DNA of 18,935 nucleotides from an uncultured bacterium (lineage in GTDB: Bacteria; Abyssobacteria; SURF-5), in contig CAZEBC010000064.1 of the NCBI GenBank assembly GCA_964510165.1, forward strand, positions 1 through 18,935, read 5' to 3'. The position numbers and the translations under genes are program-made. The first letter of the stretch is position 1. Each line of letters opens with the position of its first letter. Under the pieces are notes generated by a model that was given only the letters and a program-made list of their open reading frames with translations, did not search any database and was not told the DNA's origin. This document shows, in pieces, positions 15,741 to 18,935 of this stretch.

Positions 15741-18029
15741 ATGAAGGCGCCTCTCCACCTGTTCGCCGCTCTCGGGTTCACCTCGATGGTTGGGCAGATA
15801 CTGCTGATGCGAGAACTCGTCGTGGTGTTTTACGGAAACGAACTCTCGCTGGGCATCATGCTCGGGAGCTGGCTGTTGTGGGCGGGGCTTGGGAGCCTGC
15901 TAGCGGCGGCCATGGCGCCGAGGTTTCGGGTGCTCTCCCGCACCTGGGCCGTCGCGCTCCTGCAGCTTCTGCTGGGCCTGGCGGCGGTCGGCTCGCTGCT
16001 GTGTGTCAGAGCTTTGCCGCTGCTGTTGAGGCGGGCGACCGTCGGCGAGATAGTGGGATACATTCCCATTGTGGTCTCGTCTTTTCTCGTGCTTGCGCCT
16101 CTGTGCTTGTTTCTCGGGTTTCTGTTCGCTCTGTTCTGCCATGTATGGAGCACCGATGAGGAAGCGGCGGCTTCAATCGGGTCGGTGTATGTTATCGAGG
16201 CGCTTGGCGCGGCAGCGGGGGGAGTGGTGTTCGCGGCGGTCCTCGTCTGGGTGCTCGACCCCGTCGAGATGGCGCTTCTGCTGTTGCTCGTCAACCTCGC
16301 CGCCGCGGCCGCGACCCTGGCACTCGAATCGCGGCTGCGGCCCGCAGTCATAGTCGCGTCAATCTTGACGGTGGGGATTGCGGCAATATCCTATTTCGGG
16401 GGAGCGGATCGGCTTCGGGGGCTGAGTTTGGGGTGGCTTTGGCGGCAACTCGACCTCGTGCATTCCGAGGATTCGATTTATGGCAATGTCGCTTTCGTGG
16501 AAACCGAGGAGCAGAAATCGCTCTATGAAAACGGCCTCCTGATGTTCTCGCATCCCGACCGATTCTCAGCGGAAGAAGCGGTCCATTTTGCGTTGCTCGA
16601 ACATCCGCGCCCCGAGAGCGTGCTGCTGATTGGAGGGGGAATCGGCGGCTCGCTCAACGAAGCCCTCAAGCACCCGCTCACGAGGGTGGATTATCTAGAG
16701 CTTGACCCTCTCGTGATAGAAGCAGCCCGGCGGTTCTTCCCGGCAGAAATCGAGGGAGCGCTGGATGACGCGAGGGTGCGCGTTCACACCGTGGACGGCA
16801 GGCTGTTCGTGAAGACGGAGAAAGCAAAGTACGACGTCATCCTTGTGAACCTGCCAGACCCTTACACCGCCCTCATAAACCGGTTCTATACGCTCGAGTT
16901 CTTTCAGGAATGCCGGAGAAGGCTTTCGTGGGACGGGATACTCTCTTTCAGGGTTAGCTCGGCCGAGAACTACATCTCGCCGGAATTGCAGCAATTTCTA
17001 GGATGCCTGCACGCGACCCTGCGCGAGGTGTTCCCGGATGTCAAAGTCATCCCGGGAGAGACCAACATCTTCCTCGCGTGCACTGAGCCTGGGACACTGA
17101 CTCTCGACAGCGATGTATTGGTCTCCCGCCTTGATGAAAGGGGCATAAAGCAGAAGTTGTTGTTCGTGAGGGAGTATTATCTGCCGGACCGGCTGTCGGA
17201 GGAGCGCAAGGAGCGTGTGGCCTCAGCACTCGAGACCGCCGAAGCGCGCATCAACACGGACCTTGCTCCCGTGTGTTATTATTACGACGCGGTGCTCTGG
17301 AGCAAGCAATTCAAGGATGTGTCGGGCTGGATGCTGGCGTCTTTTTCCAAGGTGCGGCCGGGCTGGATACTCGCGGTCATCGCGGCGGCGTTCGCGCTTG
17401 CCCTTCTCGCACAGAGGCTCTTCCCCGGTGCGTGGGGCCAGAAGTCGCTTCTCGCGGCAGTGGCGACTACTGGCTTTGCCGAGATCACTGTCGAGGTGGT
17501 GACACTGCTCGGATTTCAGGCGATACACGGGTACGTGTATTATAAGGTGGCGATAATCGTGACGGCCTTCATGCTCGGCTTGACCGTCGGCGGGGCTGTC
17601 ATGGCGAAAGCTGTCAGGAGCGGCGGGGCGGGCTGGCGCACGTTTCTCCTGGTCCAGACGCTGGTGTGTCTGTATCCGATTCTTACGGTTGCGGCATTGA
17701 TTCTTTTTTCCGGTTCAGGCTCTGAAGGATCGAGTGCGTGGAAGCTCTCGCTCCAGGCGACGGTTGCGTTTCCGCTGCTGGCCTTTCTTGCGGGGTGTGT
17801 CGGCGGGCTTCAGTTTCCGCTGGCAAACCTGCTGTATCTCGGCGAGTCCCCCGGTGCCGCCAGGGCGGCGGGATACACATACGGCGTCGACCTGATCGGT
17901 TCATGCCTGGGCGCGATACTCACCAGCGCGCTGCTTGTGCCGGTGCTCGGAATCGCATATGCGTGCGCGACGGCAGCGGTCCTGAATATGGGAAGCCTCG
18001 CACTGCTGTTGTTCAGGCGGTCTGATTGA
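15741..18029 (+). CDS. Fused membrane (MFS-like)/spermidine-synthase-like class I SAM-dependent transferase
   Basis: N-terminal TM block (GQILLMREL..FYGNELSLG, VYVIEALG), central SIYGNV..LYENG..HPRPESVLLIGGGIGG..YLELDP..DGRLF..YDVILVNLPDP..RFYTLEFF domain, C-terminal TM block (YGVDLIGSCLG). Start likely ATG 15741. Confidence 0.85.
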   Translation: MKAPLHLFAALGFTSMVGQILLMRELVVVFYGNELSLGIMLGSWLLWAGLGSLLAAAMAPRFRVLSRTWAVALLQLLLGLAAVGSLLCVRALPLLLRRATVGEIVGYIPIVVSSFLVLAPLCLFLGFLFALFCHVWSTDEEAAASIGSVYVIEALGAAAGGVVFAAVLVWVLDPVEMALLLLLVNLAAAAATLALESRLRPAVIVASILTVGIAAISYFGGADRLRGLSLGWLWRQLDLVHSEDSIYGNVAFVETEEQKSLYENGLLMFSHPDRFSAEEAVHFALLEHPRPESVLLIGGGIGGSLNEALKHPLTRVDYLELDPLVIEAARRFFPAEIEGALDDARVRVHTVDGRLFVKTEKAKYDVILVNLPDPYTALINRFYTLEFFQECRRRLSWDGILSFRVSSAENYISPELQQFLGCLHATLREVFPDVKVIPGETNIFLACTEPGTLTLDSDVLVSRLDERGIKQKLLFVREYYLPDRLSEERKERVASALETAEARINTDLAPVCYYYDAVLWSKQFKDVSGWMLASFSKVRPGWILAVIAAAFALALLAQRLFPGAWGQKSLLAAVATTGFAEITVEVVTLLGFQAIHGYVYYKVAIIVTAFMLGLTVGGAVMAKAVRSGGAGWRTFLLVQTLVCLYPILTVAALILFSGSGSEGSSAWKLSLQATVAFPLLAFLAGCVGGLQFPLANLLYLGESPGAARAAGYTYGVDLIGSCLGAILTSALLVPVLGIAYACATAAVLNMGSLALLLFRRSD

Positions 18030-18239
18030 AGGTTTAGGGTTCAGATGCTGAACGACAAGACATCGTGCACCGGATTATATGTCAGGAGATCGCGCACTCT
18101 TGGGACATTAAGATGTCTTTCTCCCCCCACCCCCTCGGAGGTGGGGCCTAATGGCCGGTTTGGCCACGACATCGTTCACCATGGACAGTCCATGGGAGTC
18201 TGCGCGACTTTGAATTCTTGCTGATGGACGATATGGTTG

Positions 18240-18935
18240 TCATGAATGACACTCATGCAGGCTCTCTCCGAAAATGTCGAGCACCGCGTCGCTTCGGATG
18301 AAGCGCATGATGTGGATACGGCCGGGCTCGATGTAGAGCTTTCGGGGAAACTCAAAGCCTTCGGCCAAGCGGCGAGGCGGCCTCTGGCCAGGAGGCTTCG
18401 CGCTCGTTCGGTGTTTTTCCCTGACGGGCGCTGTAGTGATGACGACAGTTGTGGAAGTCCTCAAATACGGGCGCCTCTGCACACAGGGCCGAAAAGGACT
18501 CAAAGCGCTGCTGCCGAAAAAACCTTGTCGAACACATCCTGAAACCGCTCCACGCACCCGTTGCGCCACGGCTCGCCCAGCGGGATGAAGACAGGCTGGA
18601 TTCCCAGATGCAGGCACAGCCGTATCACCAGACCGAAGGAGCGCGGATGACGGTTGCTTCCCCTGAGGGGAAGCTGATTGTCCATTTGCAGATACGTCGG
18701 TATGGCCAGGCGCTGCGGCCCCACCTGCGAGTACTTCACTGCCATAAGCTTCTCGCGAGCCTCGACCACCATACGCTCCACCGCGTCAACGGTCCTCTGC
18801 GGACAATCACGCGGTCTCCGGCTGTGATCCTTGAACCATTGCTCCTCACCCGCGCGATACCGGTTCACCCACTTGAACAGCCAACGCCTGGACCGGCGAA
18901 ACTGCGAACAAATGCTGGCTGGCGCTTCACCAGCG
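18240..18935 (-). pseudogene. Degraded IS481-like (integrase-core/DDE) transposase, 5' end outside the window
   Basis: HTH region (ICSQFRRSRRWLFKWVNRY..DHSRRP) joined directly to YLQMDN..PVFIP..EPWRNGCVERF. It continues by frameshift into FEDFHN..HHYSARQGKTP and again into GRIHIMRFIRSDAVLDIFGE. Confidence 0.8.

Noticed and set aside
1-18935. CRISPR array, tRNA or rRNA
   Set aside because: No regularly spaced direct repeats or recognisable structural RNA genes seen.

Overview
GC-rich bacterial window. The left half (27-9249, minus strand) is an apparent operon behind a near-consensus sigma70 promoter: sat, AlkP-1, cysC, AlkP-2, AlkP-3, AlkP-4 and a small ribbon-helix-helix-like protein, possibly continuing off the left edge. 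It combines PAPS synthesis with four alkaline-phosphatase-superfamily (type I phosphodiesterase/NPP-like) paralogs. All four have Ser/Thr nucleophiles and lack the sulfatase CxPxR motif. Their predicted locations differ: two cytoplasmic, one membrane-anchored through a signal peptide-YIGPG-TM module, and one Tat-exported. CysC and the small protein share an acidic C-terminal 'IKxxLxxLGYI' tail. My main hypothesis, which is inference, is a non-canonical PAPS-driven sulfuryl-transfer relay across the membrane, possibly using tyrosine-bearing peptides as docking or carrier elements. The rest of the window holds an SDR epimerase plus acyltransferase pair, a pseudo-HPt/coiled-coil protein behind a sigma54-type promoter, a divergent MarC - ArsB/NhaD permease - membrane/spermidine-synthase-like group, three GTAG-type REP palindromes (one in frame inside a signal peptide) and a decayed IS481-like transposase at the right edge.
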